This document shows, piece after piece, positions 27,701-42,000 of a stretch of DNA of 64,000 bases (its first letter is position 1; the number at the start of each line of letters is the position of its first letter). Source of the stretch: Microthyrium microscopicum (lineage: Eukaryota); the NCBI GenBank assembly GCA_010405405.1, contig MU004230.1, positions 158,627-222,626 on the forward strand. Direction: 5' to 3'. Made by a program: the position numbers and the translations under genes. The notes beneath the pieces are model-generated. The model was not told where the DNA came from. It searched no databases and was given only the letters and a program-made list of their open reading frames with translations.

Positions 27701-30700
27701 TAATATAAGGTTAATAAGACTATCTAATGCCTAGAAGTTAACTTTTAATGAGTATTATCCTTAGAGCCTATTATATTTAATAATACTAAGTTAGTAGTTA
27801 TTAAGATATCTTTTGCCTTTATAGTATATAATTTCTACCCTTAAGAAGTAGCTACTATACTTATAGTAAGTAATTAGTAGACTACTTATAATACTATATT
27901 TTCTCTAAAGTAAGGCTACTACTTAAAAATTAATATCCTTATAGATATAGGGAGTAGAGTAATAAGAATTATTTACCTTAACTTTATTAAATAATATAGA
28001 ATCCTTACTATTAATCTCTCTACTTCCTAAATTATATAATTAGCTAATAGTAAAGCTATTATAAAGGTTAATAAAGTTATTATAGTTAATATCTATTTAG
28101 AAGGGTATATTAAATAAATTTACTACTTTGTTATAAATATAGCTAGCTATGATATTATTCTTAGTAACCTATAGATTAACCTCTATAAGGTTACTCTTAA
28201 AGAAGGAAAGAAGTAAATCCTCTTTAATTTAGACTACTACTTAGTATATTATCTACTAGCTAGTCGCCTAATCTTAGTAGATTATAAAGGCTATTTAGTT
28301 AACTTAACTAATTCTTACTTTAAGAACGTTACTATAGTTAGTACTACTACTTTTATTAAACTATTAGAATGAGGCTAGTAATTTAGTAAAATCTAGCCTA
28401 ATAATTTTAAAGATAAAAAAGATAAGAAACTTTTAGATCTAGATTTTATACTAAAAGAAGATATTACTATTAATTTAAGCAAGATCTTACCTAAAGACTT
28501 TAAAAAGTAGTAAGAGAAGTATAATAAACCTTCCTTTTTATAAGAAGAGATTCTTAAATGTTTACTAAAAGAATATTACTATTATATAGACGTCTTTAAC
28601 CTAAAATTAGGTAATAAACTTATACTACACTATAGCAAATAGAATTACTTTATTAATATTATCCTAGACGCTATAATCCTTAAACGCCGCTATAACAGCC
28701 TAGGTTACTAGGAATTGCTTATTATTAAACAATACATTAATTAGATGCTTAGTTAAGATTAGGTTTAGGCTAGTAAATTATATTACGTTACACTAATGCT
28801 ATATGCGTACAAACTAAAAGAAGGAATTTAAGTTTATATTAATTACTATAGACTTAATAAGATTACGTAAAAGAATTATAACGTTTCTTTGTAGCTACTA
28901 GAAACTTTAATCTATATTTATTATATAAAATACTTCTTTAAGTTTAATATTATTACTACCTTTATATATATTTATATTAAACCTAGTAATAAATATAAAA
29001 CTATATTCCTAACTCGCTATAGGTTATATAAATTTAAAGTTATACTCTTTAGCCTTACTAGAGCTCTAGGAACCTTCTAAGCTTATCTTAACTATATTCT
29101 AATTAATTATTTTAATAACTTTATTATAGGCTATATAAATAATCTATTAGTTTTTAGTAATACTAAAGCTAGCTATACTATTTATACTTACCTAGTCTTA
29201 AAAGTAATAAGTAAAGTAGAATTATACTTAGATATCTAGAAGTATAAATTTAATACCTAATAAATTAAATACCTTAGCTTAATTATTATTATTAAAGGCA
29301 TTAAGATAGACTTAGAGAAGGTTTAAAGCGTAGTTAATTAGTAATATCTCTCTTTAATTAAAGATATTTAAGCTTTTCTTAGCTTTACTAACTTTTATTA
29401 CTAATTTATTCTTAAATATTTAAAGACTATAGCACTACTAATAATACTTATAAAGAAGGACGCTATAGTAATCTTCCTTTAGGACCCTAATAGGCTAGAG
29501 GAACGTACATTTAAGAAGCTAAAGATAGACTTTACGTCTACTAAGATATTACGCTACTTTAACTATATTAAAGAAATATAGCTAGAAATAGATACCTTAG
29601 ATTAGGTTTATACTATAGTTCTCTCTTAAAAAGGTAATAATAGGAAGCTTTACCTAGTTATATACCTTTTAAAGAAGATAACTTTAGTAGAATATAATTA
29701 TAATATTTATAATAAAGAACTTCTAGCTATTATCTATGTATTTAAGAAATAAGAACTAGAGCTATTTAGCTCTATTAACCCTATTTAAGTATTCTCTAAT
29801 TACTATAACTTTTAGACATTTATAATAATAAAACGTCTCTCTTAATAATAAGCTAGATAGGCTAAGCTTCTTTCTTAGTTTTACTTTAAAATAAAGTACT
29901 AACTAGGTATAGTTAATAGAAAAGTAGATACTCTTACTTATTAGTTATAAGATATTTTATAAAGTAATAATAATCCTTATGTCTCTTAATAAGTCTAACC
30001 TTTACTATTCTTATACTAATTTAATATAAACTATATAGTAAAGCTAGCTATATTACTTATTAAACCTACTTACTTCTTAATACTATACCTAGTTACTATT
30101 ACTTAGAATAAGTTAGATATTTCTAATTCTATAGGTAAGCTACTTAATCCTATAGGAGAGTCTCTTAGTAATAACGAGACGCCTAAGAGTAAGCTACTTA
30201 ATTTCTTAAGAGATAACTTATTTCTAGATTTTAATAGTAACTAGTTTTTATAGGATATTATAAACATAATAAAGCATAATAAAATAATAATTACTATTTA
30301 TTATGCTAAAACTAACTACTAGCTCTTTTTATCCTTTAATACTTTAGAATAAGAGTAAATTAAGCTTAGAGACTACGTAGTAGCTACTAATAAAATAATT
30401 CTTTACTATAACTAAATCTTTATTCTTTAAGAAAAGCTTTAGCGCTACGTTATATAGAGTATATATAGCTATAAAGCTATAGGCTATAGTAAAGTAGTAA
30501 CAATTTATTACTATCTATAAGAGAATTACTAGTAGCCTAAGATATTATAGGACGTTAAGAGCTTTATTAAGGGCTATAAGTACGTATTTACTAAATTAGT
30601 TCACTAAAAGAAGTAAGGCTTCTTATAATAATTCTCTCTCTTTAAGCGCGCATAGTCTAATATCTCTATTAATTTTGCTATCTTATTATCTTATTATTTA

Positions 30701-32418
30701 TACTAAGGTATAATCTACTAGTACGTTATAATAGTTATTAACTAATATATATAGACCTAATACTTTATCTCGCTACTAAACCTTTTTATAGACTTAATAG
30801 TACTAGCCTTTATTAACTACATATAGAAGCTTATTAGCTAGCTATTAATAATTCTTTTAAATTATAGTAGCTAATTTACCTCTATATTTTAGAAGCGCTT
30901 ATATAAATATATAAGTATAATATTCTACCTTAGTATAGTATTTTACCCTAAAACTAATAGTATAACGAAAATCTTAGTCGCTATACTTAAGTAGTTCTTA
31001 TGCGCGTTCATTAACTAGGATTAAAATAACTAGGTAGCTCTTCTACCCTTTACTAAATTTGTAGTTAATTCCGCTATAAACGCTACTATAGGAGTTATAT
31101 CTTTTAAAGCTTAAAATAAATTTAACTCTTAATTAGGCCTTAAGTTCTTATATTACTTCCTAAAACCTATAAATGCCTCTATAGTAGCTAATAAGGAAGC
31201 TATTAATATAGACATAATATAGAAGGGTTACGCTAAGATATATAATTATCTAATAGAGCAATTAATTTAGGTATAAGCTTAGTAGGTAGAGTACGCTAAC
31301 TACTACTACTACGTAGCTTTAAACCTATTACTAGGCAACTAGGTTTGCTTAGATATATAGAACTACTCTATATTACGTTCTTTAAAAACTCTAGATAATA
31401 AGAATATAGGCCCCTTCTATATAATTAAAAAGATTAATGCTATTACTTATAAACTTAATCTTCTTACTTCTATAAAGATGCATAATATTTTTTACGCCTA
31501 GATTCTCTACTATATTATAAATAACGCTAAGCTGCTTAAGTACGCTAACCTACTACTAGTAGTCGTTAGAGAGACTATAAATAATAATAAATAGTCTATT
31601 AACGCTATTATTAATAGCTACTTTGCTAGTTAATATAAGAAACTATAATATAAGATTAAGTATACTAGTTATAATAAAGCTAAATAGTATAATTAGATAG
31701 CTACTAAGAATATGCTAAAGCTTATTACTAAGTTTTATACTTAGTACCCTAGTAAGCTAAGTCTATATCCTACTTAGATACTACTAATACTAGAGCCTAC
31801 TAGTAATAATATTAATTATAACTCTAATAGCGTTCTTACTAATTAGGAGGAGTAAAATAATTATACTACTAATTCCTTTATATTAATAGGATTACTAACT
31901 ACTAGACTACTAGGACTTAAGAACTAGAGTATTCTAAGGATATCTTAAGGTTTATTAATACTTCTTAATAGTTACCTTAGTAGGCTAGAAGTTAAGATAC
32001 TCTAAACGACTAGTAAGGTTAGTATTATACTATAAAAGGATCAAAATATTATTTATTACTAAAAGTTTATTAGACTAGACTAGACTAGACTAGACTAGAC
32101 TAGACTAGACTAGATTAGAATAGAATAGATTAGGAAAGTAGATATAATTAGTAGTTTATAGCCTAGAGAGCTATACTAAAGGAGAGGATTATGTAATAAT
32201 TCCTTTTTATAGGCTTTATAGCAATATTATAAGAGAGATCTTGTTGTAAGATTACGCGCTAGACCTAGGGGGGTTAGCGCGCCTAAGGATCTACTAAGCG
32301 GACTTACTTTCCTTATAGATCTATAGCTCTTCTAGATCTTCTTCTCTCTCTCTCCTGTTTATAGATTCTAGAATACAATCTAATTATCTGCTTGCTCTGA
32401 GTTCCGTAGCTCGTTACA
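24764..32418 (+). mobile_element. Ty3/gypsy chromovirus LTR retrotransposon B (RIP-degenerate), inserted in the RT of element C
   Basis: 227-bp LTRs 24764-24990 and 32192-32418 (TGTAA...TTACA intact in the 3' copy); TSD TAAAG; PPT AAAGGAGAGG; RT/RNase H/integrase remnants about 28800-31500. Confidence 0.94.
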
Positions 32419-33962
32419 TAAAGGTAGTAATAATATTAAATTATAAGAAGAATTTTGCTTTATAGATCTTTATTAAAGTCTCTATTAAAAGTAGTAGTAC
32501 GTTTTAGTTAGTTAGTATAATTTTATTAAGTCTATAGTAGTTAACATAGATATAGATACTATTACTTAGTTTACTAATATATAATATAGGTATAGCGTAG
32601 TAGAAAGTACTTAGGTAAATAAAGCCTTTTCTAAGTATATTCTTAATATATTTCTTAATAACTTATACTTATTAATAAGATATACTATAAGATTTACATA
32701 TAGGTACTTTTATATTTAGGTTAGTAGTAATAATATAGTTAAAACCTAGTTAATATAGTAGTAGCTTATTAGCTTAGTAAAAGTTAAATAAGAAGATATA
32801 GTAATAAAATTCTAGTAGTATTAATTTTAGTAACTCTTCTTATATTAGTAGGTTATAGTTAAGCTTTTTACGCTATTTAGTATAGTCTTCTATAGAAATT
32901 ATAGCAATACTAGTAACGTTCTACTAAGAGATAAGATTAGAGTCTTCTTCCTCTTCTAAAGCATTAAAGTCTTCTTAGTAAAGGGCTATAAAGTAGTAAT
33001 TTTTACGCTATATTATAGCTATAAAGACTTATAGTAATACTATATAGATATTAAGGATGTTTTTTTATTATTTATCTATAATTACTTAACCTTTATAGTT
33101 AATAATAATTAGGTAATAAGAAGCTATATAGTACTTTATATAATACTTAGAGTAGAAGCCTAATATATATTAGCCTTCCTAGAGCGTAACTTTATATTTA
33201 TTTATCTATAAGTTACTAAAGATTATATTATAGTTAGTAACTTTTATTATAAAGTAAAGAATCTACTTAAGGTAGATACTAATATATAATATAATAGCTA
33301 CTATATAGGTTATCTTTATAATAGCGTAGCTATTAGCTATTTTAGTATAGTAAGGTTTAGTTATTTCTACTAATAGAATATTATAGATTTTAAAGTAATA
33401 AAGATTAATAATACTAAAAGTACTACTACCTATATTAATTAGGACTTTTATTTTAGTATACGCGTTATTATTAATAAGGATATTACTAGTAGTACTCTAC
33501 TATTAGCTTATCTTTAGAATAGAATATTTTAGTAATTAGTTAATAAGGACGTAGGCTACTAATATATAGATAATAGCTATACTTATAGAGTTGCTTTTAG
33601 TCTTAGAGTTACTTAGGTAATTAATAATAGCCTCTATTTAACGTTTTTATTATTTATTATACGCTTCTATTTTATTTAGCTCTTTTATATAGCGTTATAA
33701 AGAAGCATCTAGTTTCTCTAGTTCTAGTAGTAATAATTATTATATATTAATAAGTAATTATGCTATAGGGTTAGGTTTTGTAGTTAAGTATTATTTTACT
33801 ATAGATAAATACTAGTAAGCTTAGTAGAGATATTAGAATTAGAGAAGGCTAGCTTACTCTTATACTTTAAGTTCTTATCTTTATAGTTATAACCTTATTT
33901 ATTATATTAAGTATAGTAATAGTCTTATATTAAATATTAGTATAGAGTAACTTTATAGCGTA

Positions 33963-35765
33963 ACGTCGTAGGCATAGTAAAGAGTAGGCATAGTAAAGAG
34001 TAGCTTTAACAAAATAATTTACAATACTTTACTACAAGTTATCTTAGCTAAAACATAAGATATAATTATAAAATTAAATGCATTATATAGCTTAAATTAA
34101 GAGCTTTGTGCTCATGTTCTTTTTGCCCTTCTTTTAGCCCATTTTGCTTCTTTAGCTTCCTCGAGATTAACTAACTCCTATTTGCCTAAAAATTCCTTTA
34201 CAGTAAGTAGTTTTACATTGGAATCAATTCTGTTAACTCTTTTACGCTTCTTCTTGTTCTTATATCTATTAATCTTAGTATTTATAATAGTAAGAAGTAA
34301 TTTATAGTAAGCTAGATTAGCTTCTAGTGCTGCATTTTTAGTACAAAGATCTTACAGATTAGAACGACGATCATAATTGCTTATAACTTACTAAATTAGC
34401 CTTAGAAACTAGCTTTCAAAAGACTGTTTAGGCCTATTTTGTATAGAGATTTCCTCTATTAGTCTAGAATTGAAAACAAAGTAAGAAGAAAGAGGAATTT
34501 TGTAATCTAGAGGCTAAATTCTAGTCTTTTTAAAGCTAGCTTTAACGTTCTTCTTTGTAATAGATATTAGCCTAATTTTGTAATATATTTCAATGAATCT
34601 AGCTTTAGGAATGCTTGCTTCATTAAAGATACTATTAAATTTGCTAAGTTCGTTCCTATATACTAATTTAATGGATAAAAAGACTCTAACGTCTAATAGT
34701 TGTAAAAGATATAATATATATAGCGAAAGATATAATATAATGATTTAATTCTTAAAGTAAATGCGTATAAACTTATAGGAAGTATATAATCTATAGTTAT
34801 TAAGTAAAAGAAGACGCTAAGTTTAACGATAAGAGGGTTTTGTTTAAGGTATAAAAACCTCTTTAAGCTAGTAGCATCCAATATTATTAGAAGTCTATTC
34901 GTTCTAAGAATTAGTAAATTACTAATCCTTATAATCCTTAGGCTTAAACTAATAAGGAAGCTAAGTAGACTAGTAATTTTTGCCTATAAAGATAACTAGT
35001 AGATTAATAACTTCCCTAGCTACTGAAATTGCTTCCAGAGAGGTGTTCTACTTCGCTCTAGAAGGCTATTTAATAATAGCTCGTTTAGAGGTGTTCTTTA
35101 TAGTCGTAACTACTTTCTAATTATTTACTTCGCTAGTTTAAAGACCTAATTCGTCCATATTATATTTGTTTAATAGTATAATATAATATTCGCTCTAGAT
35201 CTTCTCTAGACGATTAAAAAACTCGTTAATTGCTTTGGAATTATATCTAGTAACTCTTTCTAATTTAATTTTACGAGATAGGATTGCTTTAATAGCTTTA
35301 TTCTAATTAACAAAGTAGGTATGCTATTTTTAACTAAGATTAAACGACAGGCTAGTAGATTCCAGTATATCTACGGCCATTTTATAAATACGTACGTATG
35401 TAGGGGCATATCTAGCTCGATCTTCTGCTAGTATCTAGTCTACAAGATGCTTTTCTATATCTAGAAGCATTTTCTGTTACAATCTATAGGCTTGTTTTGC
35501 TAGCAAAGCTTTAGCTAGTCTTTTCTATAAAGTTGTTCGTAGGATACTAGTTATCTTCGAACAAGCAGCCAAAGAAACGAAATCTCTAGCCAAAAATTGT
35601 TTAACTACATTCTCTATGTCTTAAGGATTTGATTTCATTTTAAAACAATAAATTTAAGTATTATTTAATTATTTTATTATAGTTTATAATTATCTAGATC
35701 TATTCTATTAGGGTGTAGATAGGGCTGCCCTTTACTATGCCTGCTCTTTACTATACCTATAACGT
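33963..35765 (-). mobile_element. pogo/Fot1-type Tc1-mariner DNA transposon (1.8 kb, RIP-damaged)
   Basis: 42-bp TIRs starting ACGT (33963-34004 / 35724-35765), each with an internal 17-bp direct repeat, flanked by TA. Minus-strand transposase from ATG 35638 with YNMDE (about 35150-35165), RLLIILD (about 34880) and LQ.LDV.VF (about 34680-34705). Confidence 0.92.
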
Positions 35766-36035
35766 TAGTATATAGTTAATTTAGTTATTAGTTTAGTTGC
35801 TATTATTATTATTCTAATTGCTAGATAGCTTATTTCTATTATTAGTTTTATATTTAAGGTTTTAGTTAATAACTTATAACTTATTAATATATTTAGTAAT
35901 AGTAGTAGCCTTAGAAAGGAATAGGTACTATATAATTTCTTTAATAATTATATATTTAAAATAAGTAACCTTATTTACTTTTATAAGGCTAGTATTAGCA
36001 ATTTTGCTATTAAACTTAGTAATATATAGAGTAAG

Positions 36036-39000
36036 TATAACGAGTAGTAGGACTTAGAGTAAGTAGATAATTAGCTAGTATTTAAGAATCTACGTACGAG
36101 AGAGAGAGAAAAAAGATCTAGAACTACTATAAATCTATAAGGAAAGTAAGTCTACTTAGTAGAACTTTAGATACGCTAATACTCTCTAGGTCTAGCGCGT
36201 AATCTTATAATACTAAGATCTCTCTTAATATAGTACTATAAGGAATTATTACATAATCCCCCTCTTTAGAATAGCTCTCTAAGCTATCTTAGCTTATTAT
36301 TACTCTTCTAGTCTATTCTAGTCCATTCTAGTCTAGTCTAATCTAGTCTAGTCTAATTTAGTCTAGTCTAATAAATTCCTTCTATAATATAATACTAATA
36401 ATTAGACATTTAGAGCATCTTAACCTCTAGCCTACTAAAGTAACTATTAAGAAGCATTAATAAACCTTAAGATATCTCTAGAATACTCTAGTTCTTAAGT
36501 CCTAGTAGTCTAAGGGCTAGCATATCTATGCTAAATAGAGATATTAGTAATATAAAGAAAGCAAACTTTTTAGTACTAGTTAGTAAGGACACTATTAGAG
36601 TTATACGTAACGTTATTATCTTTAGTTAGCTCTAGCTATAGTAGAATCTAGAAAGAGTAAGAGCTTAGCTTATTAAGGTAATAAGCATAGAATTCTACAA
36701 TTAAATTTAGAGCGTTCTTAGCATTATACTAATTATACTATTCTACTACATTATAGCCTATAAATTTAATTATATACTATAACGTCTTCTTTTTAGTCTA
36801 GGGCTTATAATAGCTATTAATAATTATATCTACCTACTATTCTATAGTTTCTTTAGTCTTACCTATAATTATAAAAGGAAGATTTAAATATTTTAGAAGT
36901 TTAGTATTATTAGCAATATAGTAAAGAATCTAAGCGTAGAAGACATTATATATTTTTATTAAGAAGGATAGATCTAGCTTATATATAATAGTGTTAATCT
37001 TTTTAATAATATAAAAAGGTCTAAAGCTTTTACTATTAAGTATTTTTAAAGAATAAGAGGTAGAGTAATTACAAGTATCTAATCTTACCTAATTACCTAG
37101 CTATAAATCTAGTATAGCTTAGTAATAATAATTAATATACTTAGCTTATTATACCTAAGCCTAAGTAAGTTACTCTATAAGATATTTATATATATTAACG
37201 TAGCCTTATTATATAATATCTATATTAGCCTCTTCCTTATTAGTAGTAATAGAGGTATAAGATAAGTAAAGAATAAAGTAGTTAGCTTTAAGGCCTAATT
37301 AAGGGTTAAAGCTATTTTATACCTAGAAGGACGTAATTCCTATAGTTATATTTACTACTAAGTTAACTATAAATTCTACGAATAGTAGTAAAGCGACCTA
37401 GTTATCTTAATCCTAATTAATAAAGGCTTATAAATACTACTTTAGAGCTATAATAAAGATTTCTATAATACTATCTATTTCTAGGTAAAAAGCTATACTA
37501 AAGTAAAGAATAGTACTAACGCATTTATATAAACGTTTCTAAAAGGCTAAAGTAAATTAGCTACTATAATCTAAAAGAATACTTTTAGGCTAACCTACTA
37601 ATCTCTAGATATAGTTAATAAATACTAAAACTATAGATTCTATAAAAAGGTCTAGCAGTAGGATAAAGCGACGCATTCTTATATAACAATTTATAATAAC
37701 TATAACGTAGCAATAAATTACTCCTTAGTAGTAGCAGTATAGTAATAAAATAGCAAAGTTAATAAAGATATCTAACTAAGCGCGTTCTAGTAAGGAAAAG
37801 CTTCTTAAAAACCCTTACTTCTTTTATTATACTAGTTTAGTAAAGACATATTTATAACCCTTTATATATATCTTTACATCTTACAACATTCTAAGCTATT
37901 AATAGGTTTCTTATAAGTAATAATAAGTTATAACTACTCTCCTATAGCCTATAACTTTATAGCTATAAGTAAAGAATAGGACTTAGTAATATAATTTACT
38001 ATAAAGGATAAAGATATAATTACAATATAGAATTATATTATTTATAGTAACTATATAGTTACCTAGCTTAATGCTTTCTTACTTAAGTATATTAAAAAGT
38101 AGATACGTTTAGTAGTTTACTTTAGCCTATTAGATAGCTTCTATAGTTTTATTACTAGTAGACTCTTAAACTATATCCTATATAAACTAATTACTATTAA
38201 AATCTAGGAATTTATTATCTCCTAAGGGTTCTATTAACTCCTCCCTAAGTAATCTTTTATTACTAGCTAGCTTCTTCGTAGAATCTATTAACTCCTCTAT
38301 AGAGGTTAAGATATCTAACTTATTCTAAGCAAAAGTAGCTAAGTATATAATTAATAGTATTACTAATTTAACTAATAGTAAAGCTAACTTAATAGTATAG
38401 AGAGTATTAAATTAGTAAGGAAATAATAGCAATTAGACTTATTAAGAGACCTATAGGTTATTATTATCCTAAAGTAGATCTTATAATTAGTAGGTAAGTA
38501 CGTTAGCTTTACTATTAGATAAACTAAGGTAATATTAAACTTAGAAGTAGAATTAGGATAAAAATTTAGCCTATCTAGCCTATTAGTAAGATAGCTTTTT
38601 AGTTATTATAAAGGTTTACAAGTTCTAGTAGTCTAAAAACACCTTAACTATATCTACTATAGAGAATAGCTTTAGTTCCTATTCTTTAAAGGCGTAAATA
38701 ATTACTAATAACTCTTTATTATAAATATTATAGTTATATTTAGCAAAAGTTATCTTCTTTAATAGAAATATGATAAGCTATAATTTACCTTCTTTATCTT
38801 TCTAAGAGAGCACTATAACATATACTTAATTAGAAGCATCTATCTCTAACTATATTTCTTTTATATAATTAAAGTAGTAGAGGATAAGTATAATAGTAAA
38901 GTCCTTTTTTAGCTTTTTAAATACGTAGTCCTTAGGTCTATCTAAATCCTATAGAAAGATTACTATTATATCTTTTTTAGTAAGAGTAATAAAAGGAGCA

Positions 39001-42000
39001 ACAGTTTAGGAGTAACTATAAATAAAATAGCAATAAAAATTAGCAAAGCCTAAAAACGCTTATACATCTTTAATTAATAAAGGTTAAGCCTATTTAGTAA
39101 TACTTTTAACTTTATTTAGATCTATTTTAATACTAGTAGTAGTAATAATAAGGCTAAAGTATTTAATTTATTTAGTAAAGAAGTTATACTTATTAATATT
39201 AAGATAGAGGCCTACCTTACCTATAGCTTCTAAGATAAGGTAAATATATATAGTATACTAATCTTAGCTCTTACTAAAGACTAGGAGGTTATCTATATAG
39301 CCTATAATAAAGTTATTAAGATATTCTATAAGAACGTAATTTAAGTACGCTTAAAAGGTGCCTAAAGCTCTAGTAAGGCTAAACGGTATAACCTTAAATT
39401 TATAGAGACTATAATAAGTAAAGAATATAGTTTTATATTCATCTCCTAGTTTAATTTAGATATAAGTAAAGGCTATAATAATATTAAATTTTAAGAAGAA
39501 TTTTATATAGTATATTCTAGCTAAGGTTTCTAGTAGTTATAAAGAGACGTTATAGTTCTTCTAAGTAATTTCGTTTAGGCCTTAATAATTAATATAGATA
39601 TAGATACTACCTCTAGGTTTATATATATATAACATTAGGGCAGTAAAGTAGAATTTACTAGCTTAAACTTAATTATAGCTAAGCATTTAATTAACATACT
39701 ACTTAATAACTAGTAATTCTTAATATAAGAAGGTATTATATCTTTACTTAAGAATAGTAGCGTTAGGAATAATATTAATAAAGTAGTCCTATTTGCTATA
39801 ATATAGTACTAAATTATTACTTAGCTTTAGGTTAAAAACGTTAATATAGTAATAAAATTCCTTTAATAGTTTCTTTAAGATTTCTTCCTAGCTTAATAAA
39901 AGCTAATTATACTTCTTACGCTACTTCTTATAGTCTTCTAGAGATATTTTAGAAAGATTAATTATAATATTCTCTTTTAGCGTTTCTAATATAGAGGAAT
40001 CTAGTAACGCTTTATTTTTATCTTTATCTAAATCTTCTAGCTATACTTTACTAAATTCCTATCCTTATTCTAGTATTTTTATAAAAGCTATTATACTAAC
40101 TATAGTAACGTTTTTCCTATTTAGCAAAAAGTTAGTAAAGTTATAAAAATAGCCTTTATAATCTACTAATATTAGATAACTATAGAGTAAGCAATTTACT
40201 AAGTAATAGGTAAAGTTAAAGTAGATTTCCTTTTTACCTTCTTTAAGAATAACTTTATAGAGGTTTACCTATAGATTTCTAAAAATAATATCATAACTAG
40301 TAATGTTTATAATAAAGTAGTAAATTTACTTAATATACTTACTAAGGTATATATTTACTATAATAGCTTTATTTACCTTAGTAACTACTTTACTATTAAT
40401 AAGTTATATTACCTAAGAAGTAGATAAATTTATTATAAAAATACTATATTAATAAATAAAATTTAGATATATAATACCTATTACTTTATTTCCTATATTA
40501 ATTAATACGTTAGTTTAGACGTAATATCCTACTTTTAATAAATAAGCTATACCTTTAGTAGTCTACTAATTACTAACTATAAATATCTTAAAAACACCTC
40601 TTAAATAAAAACTATTAGTAATAAATACTAAAAAGATTTAGATTACTATAAGCTCTAGCTTTACTAGCTTTTATAGGTATTTAATTATATCTTAGACTAT
40701 ACTCTAGATTTATTCTTTAGTAAGGATAAGTTCTTTATTAAACGTCTATTCCTCTATAGTTAATTATTTAAACTAAGTCTTCTCTATAGGCTCCTAATTT
40801 AGCTCTAAGTTAAAGTTAAAGTTATAATTTAGCACGTCTTTATCTCTTTCCTTATTATCTAAGTTAAAGTTAGATATATAGACTTAATATCTTAATATTT
40901 TATTAGTAGTAAGAATAGTCTCTAGCTTATTCTCTAGATTAAATACGTATACTTAATATTTCTTCTTCTTTTAATAATTATATACTTCTTACTTATTTAG
41001 CTCCTTTACGCGTCTATATAAAGAAGCCTTTAGTTTTCTAAGTCGTTATTAGTACGTAAAGGATTAGAATTAAGTTATATAAATATCGTAGTAAAGATAA
41101 TAGCTATATAAGTAACTTTAGCATAAATCTTAGTATTAAAAAGAGGATCTTTACCTATATATAAAGCATTTACTTTCTAATAACTATATCTTTATTCTCT
41201 ATATTAGATACAATAGTTATCCTTTTATAGAGTATAAAAGACTTCTTATAGACGTATAATTTTACTATTATTATTAGTAGTATTATTATAAGTACTACTA
41301 CTATTATTATAGTTTCTACGCCCTCTACCTCTATAGCCTCTATAAGAGCTATTAAAATTAAAGTAGCTATTATTATTAATTTCTATAGAAGGTTAATATT
41401 TTATTTAGTAAGACACCTTATAGAAGTTATTAATAAATTTAGAGTAAGAGTCTAGTTTAATAAATAGTAGATAATTAGTAAAACGCTTTAGCAATAAGTT
41501 ACGTAGTTTAATAATCTTCTCTTTATTAAACAATCTTACTTTATAAGAATTAGAAGAGAAGTAAGCAAAGTATTCTTCTACCTTTTCTAATACCTTTATT
41601 TAAGCTTCTAATATTTTAAGCTAGGCTTTAGCCTTTATAAAACTATCCTTAGTAATATATTTGTAGTTTAGGTCTACCTATACTTCTTTTAAGTAAAAAT
41701 ATAGATTATAAGAATCTTATTTACTTTACTCCTTAATAGTAATAAAGGCCTATTTATCTATCCATCCTTAAATTAGATAAATCTTAAACAACTCTATATC
41801 GTATATAAGGGCATTCTTATTAAGGTAATTAAGCACTTTAGCTTTCTAGGTATAATACTTATCTTTATCCTTTTTATTAAACTTAGTAGGCTTTTCTCCT
41901 TATTTCCTAAAACCTTTACTTATAGCATATATTAAGGAATTAGAGGTAAATTAGCAAGGTATAGAACTTCTATATAAAGACTAGCAATTTAAGTTTAAAT

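Noticed and set aside
23137..34881. ORF-track ORFs 23137-23346 and 34693-34881
   Set aside because: I/Y/L/K-rich chance frames in RIP-mutated TE sequence.
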